Source: Felis catus
Lineage: Eukaryota
NCBI RefSeq assembly: GCF_018350175.1
Contig: NC_058373.1
Span: forward strand, 106,146,001 to 106,210,000
Reading direction: 5' to 3'
Length of the DNA stretch: 64,000 bases
Shown: piece after piece, positions 49,280-62,516 of the stretch
How positions within the stretch are numbered: the stretch's first letter is position 1
Layout of the letters: each line of letters starts with the position of its first letter
Notes under the pieces: model-generated
Database searches by the model: none
Told to the model about the DNA's origin: nothing
What the model saw: only the letters and a program-made list of their open reading frames with translations
Made by a program: the position numbers and the translations under genes

Positions 49280-51528
49280 GCTTCCAACAATGGAGTAATA
49301 AGGGGCTCCAAGTGACCCTTCTGCAGGAAGTAACTAAAATTTGAAAAAGGTATACTATTCAAGACATTGCTGGTCTCACTGGAAGCAGGGGAGATCTCCA
49401 AGAATTCTTTTAGAAAACAAACCAACCCATTCTAAGCGGGGGCCAGAGTGACAAAGCAGACTGAAAGGATGGGAGAGCTGCCTGAGATTAACTGCTGATA
49501 GCTGCAGATACTGAATCTGAGGCAGAAAGTGCTAAGCCTAGACTCTCAAGAGGCTGAAGCCCAGTAGTGATGGGCATGCTTCTGGCAAAAACAGCAAATC
49601 CTCTTTGCTGGGAATCTTCCCCATTCTCAATTTAGGTCCATAAGATTCTTGTCCATTAATATCTATTAATGACCTCGTATTCCATGGTAAACAAATAAGC
49701 TTTATGCCTGAGAGTTGGTAGACATAACAAACAATATAGTTATGCTTCCAAAGGACTGCAGATAATGGACTTATGACTATACAGTTTAAAACTGCTATCT
49801 TTACAGTGTTAAAGAAATAAAGGATGCAGTCCCAAAGATCTCCAAGAGTCAACAAGAGATTGTTGGGAATGAATAAACAGATTTGTTTTAAAAACAAAAG
49901 GAACTTCTAGAAATGAAATTTGAAAAATGATAGGTCGATCAGTTGAAGATAGAATTAGTGAATTAGGAAATTGATATGTCTAAAGGAATAACAATACAGT
50001 GCTGAAAGAAACATATTAAGAGAAATGGAGCATAGAATGAGAAGCTATAACATATGTCTGTAATACCTGCCGGGAATCCACCTAGGCTCAATTAAACATT
50101 CAGACTTAATGTTTTGAGGTCATACCAAGCAAGCACCAGTGGACCCAGAAGGAACAGCTTGCCCCCAGGACAGTGTCAGCTTTTGAAGCAATTGAGCTCA
50201 GCTGTAGGAAGTTAAAATCCACATCGAGTGGTTGTAGGAGTCCAAGCTTAAAGTATTATGCCTTAAAGGAGCAAGTCTTTCTGTAACATGACCATAAGTA
50301 TGGTTTCCAGAGTCCTGTAAGGGACATCCCAATTATGGGAATTGCTAAACTCAAGAGAGCCAGACTGTGGTGTCCCCATCATGTATTTATTGCTCATTTA
50401 TAGTTCACTCCAGTTCAGATGTAGTTTGCCAGTGAAGAGGTTGTGTGTATCCTAAGTAATGTAACCTAGCAGTAAAGTTGACATTCTACCTTTATCAGGC
50501 TTCCATAGGAACAGAGGTAGAGTTAAGTGAAGGTCAGTCTTGTGTACAGGGGGGAAAAGGTTTTATTAACTCTGCATAGTTTCTAATCAGAGTCTTCAGA
50601 AAAAATAGAGAAAATGAAGGAAAGCCAGTATTTATCTATTAACTTTAGGTTTTACAGAAATAGTGAAAAACAGATTTGCTGAATTGCTTCTGTGGAAGCA
50701 AAACACATTCCAAGCAGAATAAGTAAGAAATTCATACCTATCCACATTATAATTAAACCGCAGAACACCAAAGATAAGAGGCCACTGGTGCTCTGGTCAG
50801 CAGCCAGCTTTGCGCTCACAGCTGGCAGCTAGCATCTACTCCAGCCATTTGAGTTCGTCATTTTGAACTATGCAGCCCGGTCAAGGCTCTAGATGAGTAC
50901 ATCCCAATTGGTATCACACGGAACAGAAAGGACTGCTCAGGTGTGCCCAAACCACAAGCTGGCGAGAGATAACCAGTGGTGTTGATTTTAAGCAAAGAAG
51001 TGTTGGGATAGTTTGCTATGTAGTGATAGATAACTGAAATATTGTTCAGATAGAAAACTCAAAAGCATCTGTAGGATAGTTAATAGAAATAAGAGAGTTT
51101 ACTTAGTAAAGAAGCCGGCTGTAAGAGAAACATACAGGATCAATGATCTCCCTATAGTTCACGTATAGTACCATAGTATTGTGAGACAGCTAAGACCAAG
51201 GTAGCTAAGCTACATTGGACTCCTTTGGTGGTCCCTCACAAACTAATTCTAAAATCCATATGGAAGTGCAAAAGCCCAAGAATGGCCAAGACCACTGACG
51301 AAGTAGAAGAACATATGTAATATCAAGAATTATTGTCATATTCTCTTGCCTCAGGGATAAATGGACCATAGGAACAAAATAGCGAACCTAAAAACAGTCC
51401 AGTTACATATGAAACTTGTATGGCAGAAGTGGCATGGCAGTTAGGGCGGGGTGGGGTGTAGGGTAAACTACTCAATAAAAGGCTACTCCTGGGACCATTG
51501 GATATCCAAGTGGGAAAATCTAATCTAC

Positions 51529-51583
<55 letters not shown>

Positions 51584-52500
51584 CAGAAATCTAGGTGAGT
51601 CACAGATTTAAATGTGAAAGCAAAACCTTCAAACTTTTAGAAGAAAGTATAGGATAATTTTTCTCAGAGTGAGGATTTCTCAGAACATGAAAATGCTAAC
51701 CAGAATGTTAAAAATTATTAACATAATTTGATATTTGACATTTGATATTATTATATCAAAATTTAGAACATCCGTTTGTAAAGATACCACAGGAAAGTGA
51801 AAATTCAGCTCCTAAACTGAGAGGAAGACATTTGCAACATATTTGACTAAAACAAATGGATGAACAGTGGAATGTGCACAGTAGTGAAAATGCATAAAGC
51901 AGTGAAAATGACTGAACTTCAGGGGCACCTGGGTGGCTCAGTCGGTTGAGTGTCCGAGTTCAGCCTTGGTCATGATCTCACTGTTCCCAAGTTTGAGTCC
52001 CCCACGTTGGGCTCTGTGCTCACAGCTCAGAGCCTGGAGCCTGTTTCAAATTCCGTGTCTCCCTCTGTCTCTCAGCTCCTACCCCACTCACACACTCTCT
52101 CTTTCTCTCTAAAAAATAAACATTAAAAAAAGTAAAATGACTGAACATCTATAAGCAATGCCATGGGTGAATCTTGGAAATGTTATTTTGAATGGAAAAA
52201 AAAACACCTCAAAAGACATATCACTTTGTAGTATTTAAAAATAAGCAAAACTAGACAGAGTGGTTTTGAAGCATAATCTAGTTGGAATAAAAACTTCAAA
52301 AAAAGTGATAAAGAGAATTTAGTATGATGGTTACCTCTTGGGGGAGAGCCAGGAGTGGGAAATGGGGAAGGAACAGAGGTAAATAGAAGCTGTTAATGTT
52401 CTAATTACTGGGTTAAATTATGAGCTTATAATGTTTATTATACTTTATAACTAATATATATTATATATAATCTTTTGTGTGCTTTTTATATTTAAGATAA
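49280..52500 (+). mobile_element. Fragmented ancient L1 with nested insertions
   Basis: L1 ORF1/ORF2-like remnants (gaacttctagaaatgaaa, ctaattctaaaat.catatggaa.tgcaaa, gatggttacctct); contains (TA)n at 51533-51577. Confidence 0.65.
51922..52131 (+). mobile_element. CAN-SINE
   Basis: TSD AAAATGACTGAAC. Confidence 0.92.
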
Positions 52501-52837
52501 TTTAAAATGATGCATAGATAACTAAGACATTTTTAATAATAGTTTGGCAATATACTGAATATAAAGGAAGATCTAATTTCTGCTTTTCTATATACATTTA
52601 GATAATCCTGGCACAGTGTTATCTGAGATGATGATTTCTTTTTAGTAAAGAAGGTTAAACTCTTCTCAAGTGGTTCTCATGTTCGACTTTTCTTACCTGT
52701 TTAGAAGATATTTTCGTTTCAGGATTTATCAGTTAAAATTTCCTTTTAGAATCTGTATTTTGAAACATACGGGTATTCTTAAAAGCCATTTAAATACTGA
52801 AAATTTTCTGGTAATTGTGCTTCTTTTGTTTTATTAG

Positions 52838-53044
52838 TTCCAGTGCCCTTTTCCAGCACATCACTGCATTATTTGAATGCAGTATGGCAGCTATTATCAC
52901 CTTACTTGTGAGCGATCCGGTTGGTGTTCTTTATATCCGTTCGTGTCGAGTACTGATGCTTTCTGATTGGTACACAATGCTTTACAACCCAAGTCCCGAT
53001 TACGTTACCACAGTGCACTGTACTCATGAAGCTGTCTACCCGCT
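52838..53044 (+). CDS. JKAMP: JKAMP exon 4, 207 nt
   Basis: TTATTAG acceptor; SSALFQHITALFECSMAAIITLLVSDPVG...HEAVYP(L); CT|GTGAGT donor. Confidence 0.95.
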
Positions 53045-54612
53045 GTGAGTATTTATATAGACTTAAGATCATTTTGAAAATGATAATTATAGATTGTATT
53101 CAGTTCAACAGATTGAGCATCGAAAAATGGCTTCTAGGCACTGGGGGAGATATACAGAAATGATTTTCTTCTCTTAGGGATACATAGTCTGATAGAAGGA
53201 AACAGAAATACATCTTAGTATAATACAAGTCAAAGTATTTTTGTAGTTGGTGTTGAAGTGTGTAAACCATTTCTAAAATAAGCCATAGACGTTTCTTTAA
53301 AAAGAATTCTTAGGAAGACCTTTAGGATATGCAGCAGAGAAGCAATATCTGACATAGAGGAAAGAGTATGGGTTCCGGAGCTAAAAACAGGCTTGAGTGT
53401 GAATCCCGAGCTGCTGTGGTAACGTGACCATGTTAAGAGCCTCTTGTAACCTCAGTTTTCCCATTGGTAGAAATGGGAATAATGTTATAAGGTGATTGGG
53501 AGGATTAAATAAATCTACACGTATCAGATACCACATGCAGTGCCTTACGTACAGGAAGCACTTAATAAAATAGTAGCCGGCATTAGGAGAGTGCCGGAGT
53601 TAATGTTCCTTGTTTTTTTTTCTGAAACAGATGTTTGTAATTTCCATGAGAATATTTTGTTTTAAAAATACCAAATTCAGAAGACTATATTAGCCCAGAC
53701 TACTTCGCTTTTAGAATTTCTCTTTGTGTTCATTTTGATGTTTTTCTTGGTGAAGCTGTAATATAACAGTCTGGTGTTTATATTCTCATAGTTGTAGCAA
53801 GTTACCGTTACATAATATGCTCAAGAAAATAGTCCTTTTTGTGTGGGTTCTTAAGAGTACTAAGTGTGAAAAATAGCCATGCACATGTGTGGAAAAGGTC
53901 ATTAAAAAAACATAAGTTCTAGATACAGGGATGAGAAAATCTTTCCACCTGCCTACCGTTAAGTCCTATAAATTATTTATTTCCTGTATATATACTGTCT
54001 CTGTCTCTTTATGTACACATAATTTATATATAAGACTGCATATAAAACACTGATAATGTGTTCTTTGTTGCTTTCATAGAGCTGTAACTCTCAGCTTTGA
54101 TTCATCTCTTCTCATATACTCTCCTGGGGACTGCAGAACTTAACCTGCTCTTTAGAAAGCTTAATAAGTGCATCAGATATACATATGACCATCTTATTTA
54201 AAACAAAATCAGACTCATTTACTGCTGGTCACATATATAGTGTTTTTTATATCTGTGAAGCACATAGTAGGAGAGTCAAAAAATAGAAATGGCAAATAGG
54301 TGCTCTTGGCCCTCATTCTGCAGCCTTAACAGCCACATCCTCACACAACTTCACTGATTATGACATTTTCCATCTGTTCACCATCTTTGAATTAAGTAGA
54401 TTCTTTTTCTCAGTAGCTTTACCAATAGTCACTGTGCAGTGGCCTGTCTGTGTTATTGTATTAATCATACAAAACAGTGGTTTTTGAAATTACAAGAAGA
54501 TTTTATAATATTAACATTGGGTTTATACATATTTTGTACTTCACATAGGCATTTAAATGTAGCTATATGACCAGACTGGGGCTGAACATTTCAAAAAGCA
54601 GCAGGACTACCC

Positions 54613-54719
54613 GGGGCTCCTGGCTGGCTCAGTCAGAAGAGCATGAGACTCTTGATCTCAGGGTTGTGAGTTCAAGCCCCACATTGGGTGTGGAGATTAC
54701 TGAAAAATAAAAAAAAAAA
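54613..54719 (+). mobile_element. Short CAN-SINE
   Basis: TSD GC(A/T)GCAGGACTACC. Confidence 0.88.
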
Positions 54720-56312
54720 GCTGCAGGACTACCAAAAGTTACAGTAATTTTTTTTCTTTTGTGAGTCAACAAAACGGTACAAAATTATCAGAAACCTTTT
54801 GGAACACTCTTACATTGACTAACGGAGGCTGTTTTCTCCATTGGTGGTATATATAAGCTAGTTCCATACAAACTGAAAAATGCCCAGATACTTTACTGAT
54901 AGTTACAGTTTTGAGAGGAACTTGATTAGATGAGACATGGAAAAGCATGCAAATTTCTAATATTAGAAACTTACTGTAAAAAATGTTTACATTGCTAAAA
55001 CCTTATTTATGAGTTACTGAAAATGAGCAATAAATACTGTTGTAATAGAAATTAGCTTGTCAGATTTATCCTATCCCCATATATAGGAGGCATGGCTGAA
55101 GGTGGGGTGGGGGCAGGTGGAAGGTAGGGAGTGGGATACAGGGTGGGATACAGGTGTCTGCTTCCAGAGACTGGTTTCCTGGTTCATTAGGAGAGTGACT
55201 CATGGTAGTTTTCTTCTGATTAAAATAATCGTCTTTTGGGCACTTTTATGGAACTACAAGTTGCAGGAATAGACAGATTTTATTTGTTTTGATGTGTTGG
55301 TAGGGTGTAGCCTAACAAGACAAAGTTCCTCATCTAAGGAGGTCATATAATAATGTGTTGCAATTAGGGCAGCTGGGCTGAACCTAAAAGCTGTCATGGG
55401 AGCACAGGGATGTAGTATGATTATGCTGTGTGGAGAGGAGGCTTGTGGTCTGTGTTCTGAAGGCTCCTGTGCTTCCTGTGACTCGCCCCTGCGTGGGGAG
55501 GCGTTTGGGTATTCAGATAGTAAAAAATGATCTGAAAGTCTTCACGAACAGGAGGTTAGAACTATGTGCATAGAAATCCCATTATTCAAAATAAAGAGCT
55601 ACAAACTATGGCCTGGTGCTATAGAGAGATATTTTTACATTTTTCTTGATATAAAACTACATCATAATACATTTGAAAAACAGAAAAAGCATACAAAAGT
55701 AAAATAATATGTAGTTCCGTTTCTTCAGATGACCGCTGTTAAAAAAGTTGTCTTTCCAGTTTCATTCTGAATGTGTGTATATGTTTTTTAAAGGATATTA
55801 AGGTGAAACTATACACACTTGTAACCTTTTCTTATCACTTCATGTTTTAGGCACAGTTGCTTTTGTCCTTAGTATTTCTTCCATAACCTGATTTTTAATG
55901 GCCACGTGCTATTCCAACATGAATGTACTTTAAAATTTAATTTCCTAATGTTGAGTATGTATTTTCTTCCTGAATTTTCCTTATTACGTGATTCAATAAA
56001 AATCCTTGTTTGTAAAGTTTGTGAACAGTCCCTGATTGTTTTCCTTGGATGAGTTTCTGCAAGTAAAAGTGCTGAATCACAGAGTGTAAACATTTCTGGA
56101 ATTTTTGATCCATGTTTCTAAACTGCCCATTGGAAAGGAAGCAGCATACACTTTCCAGCAGTGTGTGAGTCTTTTTGGCCAACCCTCCCCTAGTCTGAAT
56201 ATTCAATAGGTTGACTTAACGCACTTTTTAAACCTTTTTTAGCATCTTCGATTTTAAATTGATCAGTAATAGATACATTTTTGGTGTCACGATTCCGTGT
56301 TTTATTTCACAG

Positions 56313-56494
56313 ATACACCATCGTATTCATCTATTATGCATTCTGCCTGGTATTGATGATGCTGCTCCGACCCCTTCTGGTAAAGAAGATCGCCTGTGGC
56401 TTAGGAAAGTCTGATCGATTTAAAAGTATTTATGCTGCACTTTACTTCTTCCCGATTTTAACTGTGCTTCAGGCAGTTGGCGGAGGCCTTTTAT
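56313..56494 (+). CDS. JKAMP: JKAMP exon 5, 182 nt
   Basis: TTTCACAG acceptor; YTIVFIYYAFCLVLMMLLRP...LQAVGGGLL; T|GTAAGT donor. Confidence 0.95.
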
Positions 56495-57788
56495 GTAAGT
56501 TTGATGGGTCAAGTCAGTGAAATATATTTTTATATGTGATAAACAGTGTTTTCTCTAAGTATAATTTTGTATCTTTTCCTTTAAAATAGCTTTTATAATC
56601 CCTGAAAATAATGTATTTTTGCTAAAACATATAATAAGTCTTATAAAAATAAAAATGGGTTTCTTAGAGTAGAATAGATATTATCAAGCCAATCAAAGCT
56701 GATTTCTATTTAGAGAATACTTTGTATCTGAGGCTTATAACCTCAGTGGGAATACTTAAAAACCTGAGTATAAATTAAAAAGAACTGGTTTTTGTATATA
56801 ATACATGGAAATTACTGTTGATTTTATATATATGTACACACACATATATGTATGTGTATATGTGTGTGTATACACACACACACACTAGTATGTACTACTT
56901 ATCATTAAGTTATGTCTTTGGTTTCTGAGTTCCTTTATGAAATCCTTTTGGGTACGGTAAAAGAATCCTCAGTATACTCTTTAGTATATCTTTAGTATAG
57001 CTATTCATTTATTCAGCAACTATTTAGACTGAACTGTGACTCAAAAGAAGAATAAGAAGTTGGTGCTAAAGAACTGACATACTACTAGGAAAGCTAGAAG
57101 TAGCTGAGAGAACACAGTATAGCACTTAACCTGAATATGTGACATTGAATGTTGCAGGGATGTTAGATACCACCTTCTCTGTGGAGCCCACCAGGGTACA
57201 GAGGGCAAGGCTTCTGGCCTAAAAGAACTAGGCAAGACTGGGCATCACTAGGTAGCTTGGTGATGAATTTGGCTCAAGATGAGGAAGGCACTGTGAAGGT
57301 GTGGCCAAGGGAAGAGGAAATTGGAGATTAGTCAGGGGTCTATTATCCCTCATATTCTAGTTACAGATCTATTGTTTCCATTGGGCCTGCATAGTATTTG
57401 AAAATGTATATTTCCTTCCAGCTCTTACCATTCCCTGTTTTAGTTTTGGCCCACTTCAGTTGTTTACTTGCCTGGCTGGCCTCTATAGGGGTTTGAGGTC
57501 ACTATTCTTGCTCTAGAGAATAGGGTCCTACTCTTTAAGGATTTTAGGCAGAAGAGTGACATGCCTAGGTTTGCATTTTGGAAAGAGAACTTGGTAACAG
57601 TGTAGAGGATGGATTGGTAGGGGAAGAGAACCTGGGGGATCAGTGAAGAGGTTATTGCAGCTAGCCAAGTCTGTCTGACCTAACACAGAGAAACACTGGG
57701 AATGGAGAGCTGCTTTAAAGATAGATTTAACTAGATTACGTAACTGATTAAACATAGGGGTGACAGAGCGCAAGGAGAATATGATAGA

Positions 57789-57792
<4 letters not shown>

Positions 57793-57823
<31 letters not shown>

Positions 57824-57987
57824 AGTGCACAAGTTGGGGAGAGGGGCAGAGGGAGAGAGATAGAATCTTAAGCAGGCTCATGTTCAGCAGAGCCCAACGC
57901 AGGGCTTGATCCCACGACCCTGGGATCATGACCTGAGCTGAAATCAAGAGTCAGACACTCAACTGACTGAGCCACCCAGGTGCCCCC
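57793..57987 (-). mobile_element. CAN-SINE with a T30 tail
   Basis: Reverse SINE body. Confidence 0.92.
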
Positions 57988-58361
57988 ATAGAGTAGCTTT
58001 CTGACTTAGTAACTGGTGAATAGAGCAACAGTGAATATTAGAAAAAGCAAATTAGATATGTTGATGAGAAGTGAATTCAGTTGTAGGTGTTCATGGAATA
58101 TTCACAAGAGTACAGGTAATTATACTAGTCTGGTACTTGGGAGAGCTGTCTAGGAGAGAAAGATTTAAGAATTGTCAGCCTTCAAATCCCTGTGTCCTAA
58201 CCTATGGATGGTGCTATTGTGTCGGACCTCTTGGTTATACGAGGAGAAAAGGGGAAAAAGCTGTGGAAAGTCGGCCAGGGTTTAGGAAGTTAGCCCAAGG
58301 AGACTGCCAGACACCATTGCTTCATATACTGTACCTGCCTACATTGAAAAATGCCTTTTCT

Positions 58362-58571
58362 GGGGCACCTGGGTGGCTCAGTTGGTCGAGCGTTGGATTT
58401 CAGCTCAGCTCATGATCTCACGGTTCATGGGTTTGAGCCCCATGTGGGGCTCTGTGCTGACAGCCTGGAGCCTCCTTCAGATTCTGTGTCTCTCTCTATC
58501 TCTGCCCTTCTGCCACTCGCAGTCTGTCTCTTTCTCTCTCAAAGATAAACATTAATTTTTTTTTTTTTAAA
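58362..58571 (+). mobile_element. CAN-SINE
   Basis: TSD GAAAAATGC(C/T)TTTT. Confidence 0.92.
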
Positions 58572-58764
58572 GAAAAATGCTTTTTCTCACAGTGAGTGTC
58601 TGATCATTTTGTTAACAAGCCCCTGCTCAAAACACATTCATTGTGAGGACAGAGGAGTCAGTGTTCACTTGCACTAAATATAAATTCATGAAGGCTCCTG
58701 AGATTAGGTCACAGAGGACATTATACCAAGTCATAATTTTATGATAATGAAAAAAATAGATAAT

Positions 58765-59078
58765 TTTTTGTGGGGCTGTTACAATACTATAGGTGGCTTG
58801 CAAACGACAGAAACTTTTTCTCCTCGTTCTGGAGAATGGGAAGTCCAAGAGCAAGGCACCAGCAGATTTGGTGTCTGGGTAAGAGCCCACTTTGTCCTCC
58901 GTGGCAGGAGGGGAGGGAGCTCTCTGGGGTCTCTGTTTTGAGGGCACTAATTCCATTCACGAGAGCTCTGCCCTCATGTCCCCATCACCTCCCAAAGGCC
59001 CCACCTCTACCCTCACGTTGCGAGTTAGGATTTCAACAGGAGAATTTGGGGGGGGACACAGGCTTTCTGTTCATAACA
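58765..59078 (-). mobile_element. MaLR LTR (MLT1-type)
   Basis: gttctggag..tgggaagtccaaga.caaggcacc.gcagatt...cacctcccaaaggcccc...gaatttggggggg.acaca. Confidence 0.78.
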
Positions 59079-59852
59079 AGGAGAAACAGAGGTCTGAGCA
59101 AAGTAGAGCAGCAAGCATCCTCTGGTAGGTAGCTTAAGAGATACTTGAGTCTAGGGAGAGAGGCACTGGAATTATTAGAGGCCTGTGACAAACTTTTACC
59201 GACTTAGAAATATTATTGAAGCCCGTTTTTAAGTGTGATCTGTATCTGAACTACCAGGGGAACTAAAATGTAGATTCTCGGCACCCCCATCCCCCGGCCT
59301 AGTTGCTCAAAATCTTAAATTATTTTATATCCTAGAGTAAGAACCATGCCTGAGCCCAAGACCACCCTCCACTCCCCACAAATTTAGGCCTTGTTAGAAA
59401 TTTCCTCTTACCTTAGATGGCTTTTTACTACTCTGTCTTAAATTTGTATCGCTATCAACATTGTTTAGCTATTTATAAATATTTATAAATGAATTGTTTG
59501 TTGAGGATGCTTATCACTGTCTATGAACTAAAAAATTCTAAATGTCAAAAAGGTACTTATTTAGTAAGTTGGAATCAGGCCTGTATAGATAATTCTGAGT
59601 TTCTGCATTCTGAATTAACATTTGAAATTCTTCTAGACAGGTTCCATTGCAATGTAAAATGATAAGTGGTTTCATAAATTGAAGTTGTTTTAAAATAATT
59701 ATATGAAAAATAATTCAAGATTTCTTTTTCTCAATTTGCTCATTTTAGTGTGCTGTAAATTGAAAACATTTTAAGAGAAAGATAGTATTTTGTAAGAAAA
59801 AAAATTTGCTTCAAGTAGAAATAGCTAGAATTTTGACATAAAGAATATTGGA

Positions 59853-60085
59853 GGGGCACCTGGGTGGCTCAGTTGGTTAAGTGTCTGACTTTAGCTCAGG
59901 TCATGATCTTACAATTTGTGAATTCAAGCCCCGTGTCGGGTCGGGCTCTGTACTGACAGCTTGGAGCCTGGAGCTAGCTTCTGATTCTGTGTCTACCTCT
60001 CTCTCTCTCTCTGCCCCTCCGCTGCTCATGCTCTGTCTCTCTCTCTCTCTCTCTCTCTCAAAAATAATCATTAAAAAAAAAGAAA
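59853..60085 (+). mobile_element. CAN-SINE
   Basis: TSD AAAGAATATTGGA. Confidence 0.93.
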
Positions 60086-60327
60086 AAGAATATTGGATGA
60101 TCCATTTATCCTTTAAGGTTTGTTGATACACGAACTTTTCTAAAGAGTAATTAAAACTGAATAACTGTTACATTTAGCATTTCTCAACCAAAGTCCTCTA
60201 CCTGGATCATGAAACAAAATTATTTGAGTATTTTCTCAATCCTCCCAAGTCAAGTTTGGTACATACTAGTATCATTCTAGATGCATAGATGGAAGTTAAT
60301 TCTTTACATTCAGTGGATGCCTTAAGG

Positions 60328-60796
60328 CAGGGGTCTTCAAAGCTAGGCCAAGGATTGTTTTACATTTTTTTAATGTTTTATTTATTTTGAGGGGTGGGGA
60401 GAGGGGCAGAGAAAGGGAGAGAGAGAATTCCCAAGCAGGCTCTGTGCTGTCAGTGCAGACATGGGGCTCTATCTCACCATTCACTTTGTGAGATCATGAC
60501 CTGAGCTGAAATCAAGAGTTGGACGCCTGACTGAGCCACCCAGATGCCCCAAGTTTTGCATTTTTAAATGGTACGGGAAAAAAAGTAGTTAATTCTTAAC
60601 ATGTTAAAATTATATGAATTTTGGGTTTTGTTGTTTATAAAGTTTTATTGGAACATAGCCACACCCATTCATTTATGTATTGTCTGGCTGCTTCCCACTG
60701 TAACAGAGACTTGGGTGATTGAGACAGATACTGTATGGTCCGCAAAGCCAAACATATTTACTCTCTGGCTGTTTTCAGAAAGTTTGCTGACCCCTT
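60328..60796. mobile_element. MER58-like hAT element with a reverse CAN-SINE (about 60364-60550) inserted
   Basis: caggggtc ... taaagttttattggaacatagccacacccattc ... agtttgctgacccct. Confidence 0.78.
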
Positions 60797-60936
60797 TTAG
60801 GGCATTAGGGCTTAAGTCTCTCATGGGACTGGTTGAGAAAGTTTTCAACTATGGGGAGAATTATACTGTTTGAATTTTTTTGATGTTTTATTCAAAATAT
60901 TTAATTTTCAATGTAATACCCATGTTTGTTTTTCAG

Positions 60937-61013
60937 ATTATGCTTTTCCATACATTATATTAGTATTATCTTTGGTTACTCTGGCTGTGTACATGTCGGC
61001 TTCTGAAATAGAG
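60937..61013 (+). CDS. JKAMP: JKAMP exon 6, 77 nt (gene continues past the window)
   Basis: TTTTTCAG acceptor; (Y)YAFPYIILVLSLVTLAVYMSASEIE; GAG|GTAGGA donor; cumulative 717 nt with no stop. Confidence 0.94.
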
Positions 61014-62280
61014 GTAGGAAACCTTTTTTCCTTTGTTAACAGGTTGTTGTTTTTTTTTTTTTAATAGATTTGACAACTGAATAGGAAAATAGTACATAAA
61101 TAGTACTCCTGATTGTTGTTGTAATCCTGTAATCCTTGGTGAATGGCACTCAGTAGCTGTTAGCTGGTTAGTTCAGTTTATAAAAGGTTGTATGTTACAC
61201 TGTATATGCTTGGGAAGTCAGTGAAGTAATAGGCTCGACTATTCAGCATCTTGGAGAAAAAAAACTATCATTTCACAAAATTGACCCACATAGAAAATGT
61301 TTAATTATTGAAATGTTGAAAGTTGTTAACACTATTTTGAAGGAAACATAAAATACTTTATTGTATGTAGAATTAATTTTACATTTTATTTTATAATGAT
61401 GATGACTAAGTCATCAATAATTATATACATTGCATACCCTTCTATATTTTGTTCCCAGTTTTATTTTCTTGATTATGGATGTTTACTTTCACACTCTAAT
61501 ATCTAATATTTTGGTGATTTGAAAGAACATTAATAGTCACATTAGTTTTGATACTGTTCCTGTTTTGAGATCTCCATTTTGTGCCTCTTTTTAGTGTTTC
61601 GGTGGAAGGCCACTGTTTGAAAGAACTCTTTGAGTTATTCCTTTAACTTGAAAGGAATAAAAGTGTAAAGTGTCTTAGTTCTCGTCCATCCTGCTTGCTA
61701 GTCTAGTGCCTGGGCACTGTCTTCAACCGCGTACTGCAGTCAATAAGATGTGTGCTTTCTCTTAATTCTTTCTTTAAAAAAGTTCTAGAGTTCAGAGACT
61801 ATTTTGGAGTCCTTGTTGTTGCTCTTTTTTCTGTTATGTTACGGAAAGAATGAGAGGGAATGGCTTTCAGATAGAATAATAGAGGAAATACACAGAATAT
61901 TTTTATGGTGATTCAAATGTTTTCATTTGTATACTGTCCCCATTTCTCCTTTGTAATCTTTAATCAACATTACAAGGTGTTTAAAGAAGATAAACAAATT
62001 CATTTTGTCACTTTTATCAACTCTAGGGAAAGACTTGAAGGAGGAAATGATTGGATCTTTCAATAAAATAAAGGTTTTAAATTTTTGTTTATTATCTACA
62101 ACTACTGTGGATAGTTAAATCAGCTTGAAACTTATTTCTCTGCCCCAGGAATCTCTCATGTGTAAAATGTTTGTGTGCTTCAATTAGACTCTATAATGAA
62201 TCAGAAACAGGGACGTGAATCAGGAAAAGAAAATCTAATTCTAGATGAGCTGATGAGTTGTTTAATAAGAGAAAGTTGGT

Positions 62281-62516
62281 GGGGCGCCTGGGTGGCGCAG
62301 TCGGTTAAGCATCCGACTTCAGCCAGGTCATGATCTCGTGGTCCATGAGTTCGAGCCCCGCGTCAGGCTCTGGGGATGGCTCAGAGCCTGGAGCCTGCTT
62401 CCGATTCTGTGTCTCCCTCTCTCTCTGCCCCTCCCCCGTTCATGCTCTGTCTCTCTCTGTCCCAAAAATAAATAAAAAACGTTGAAAAAAAAAATTTAAA
62501 AAAAAAAAAAAAAAAA
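62281..62516 (+). mobile_element. Young felid CAN-SINE with a long A tail
   Basis: TSD AGAAAGTTGGT. Confidence 0.95.
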
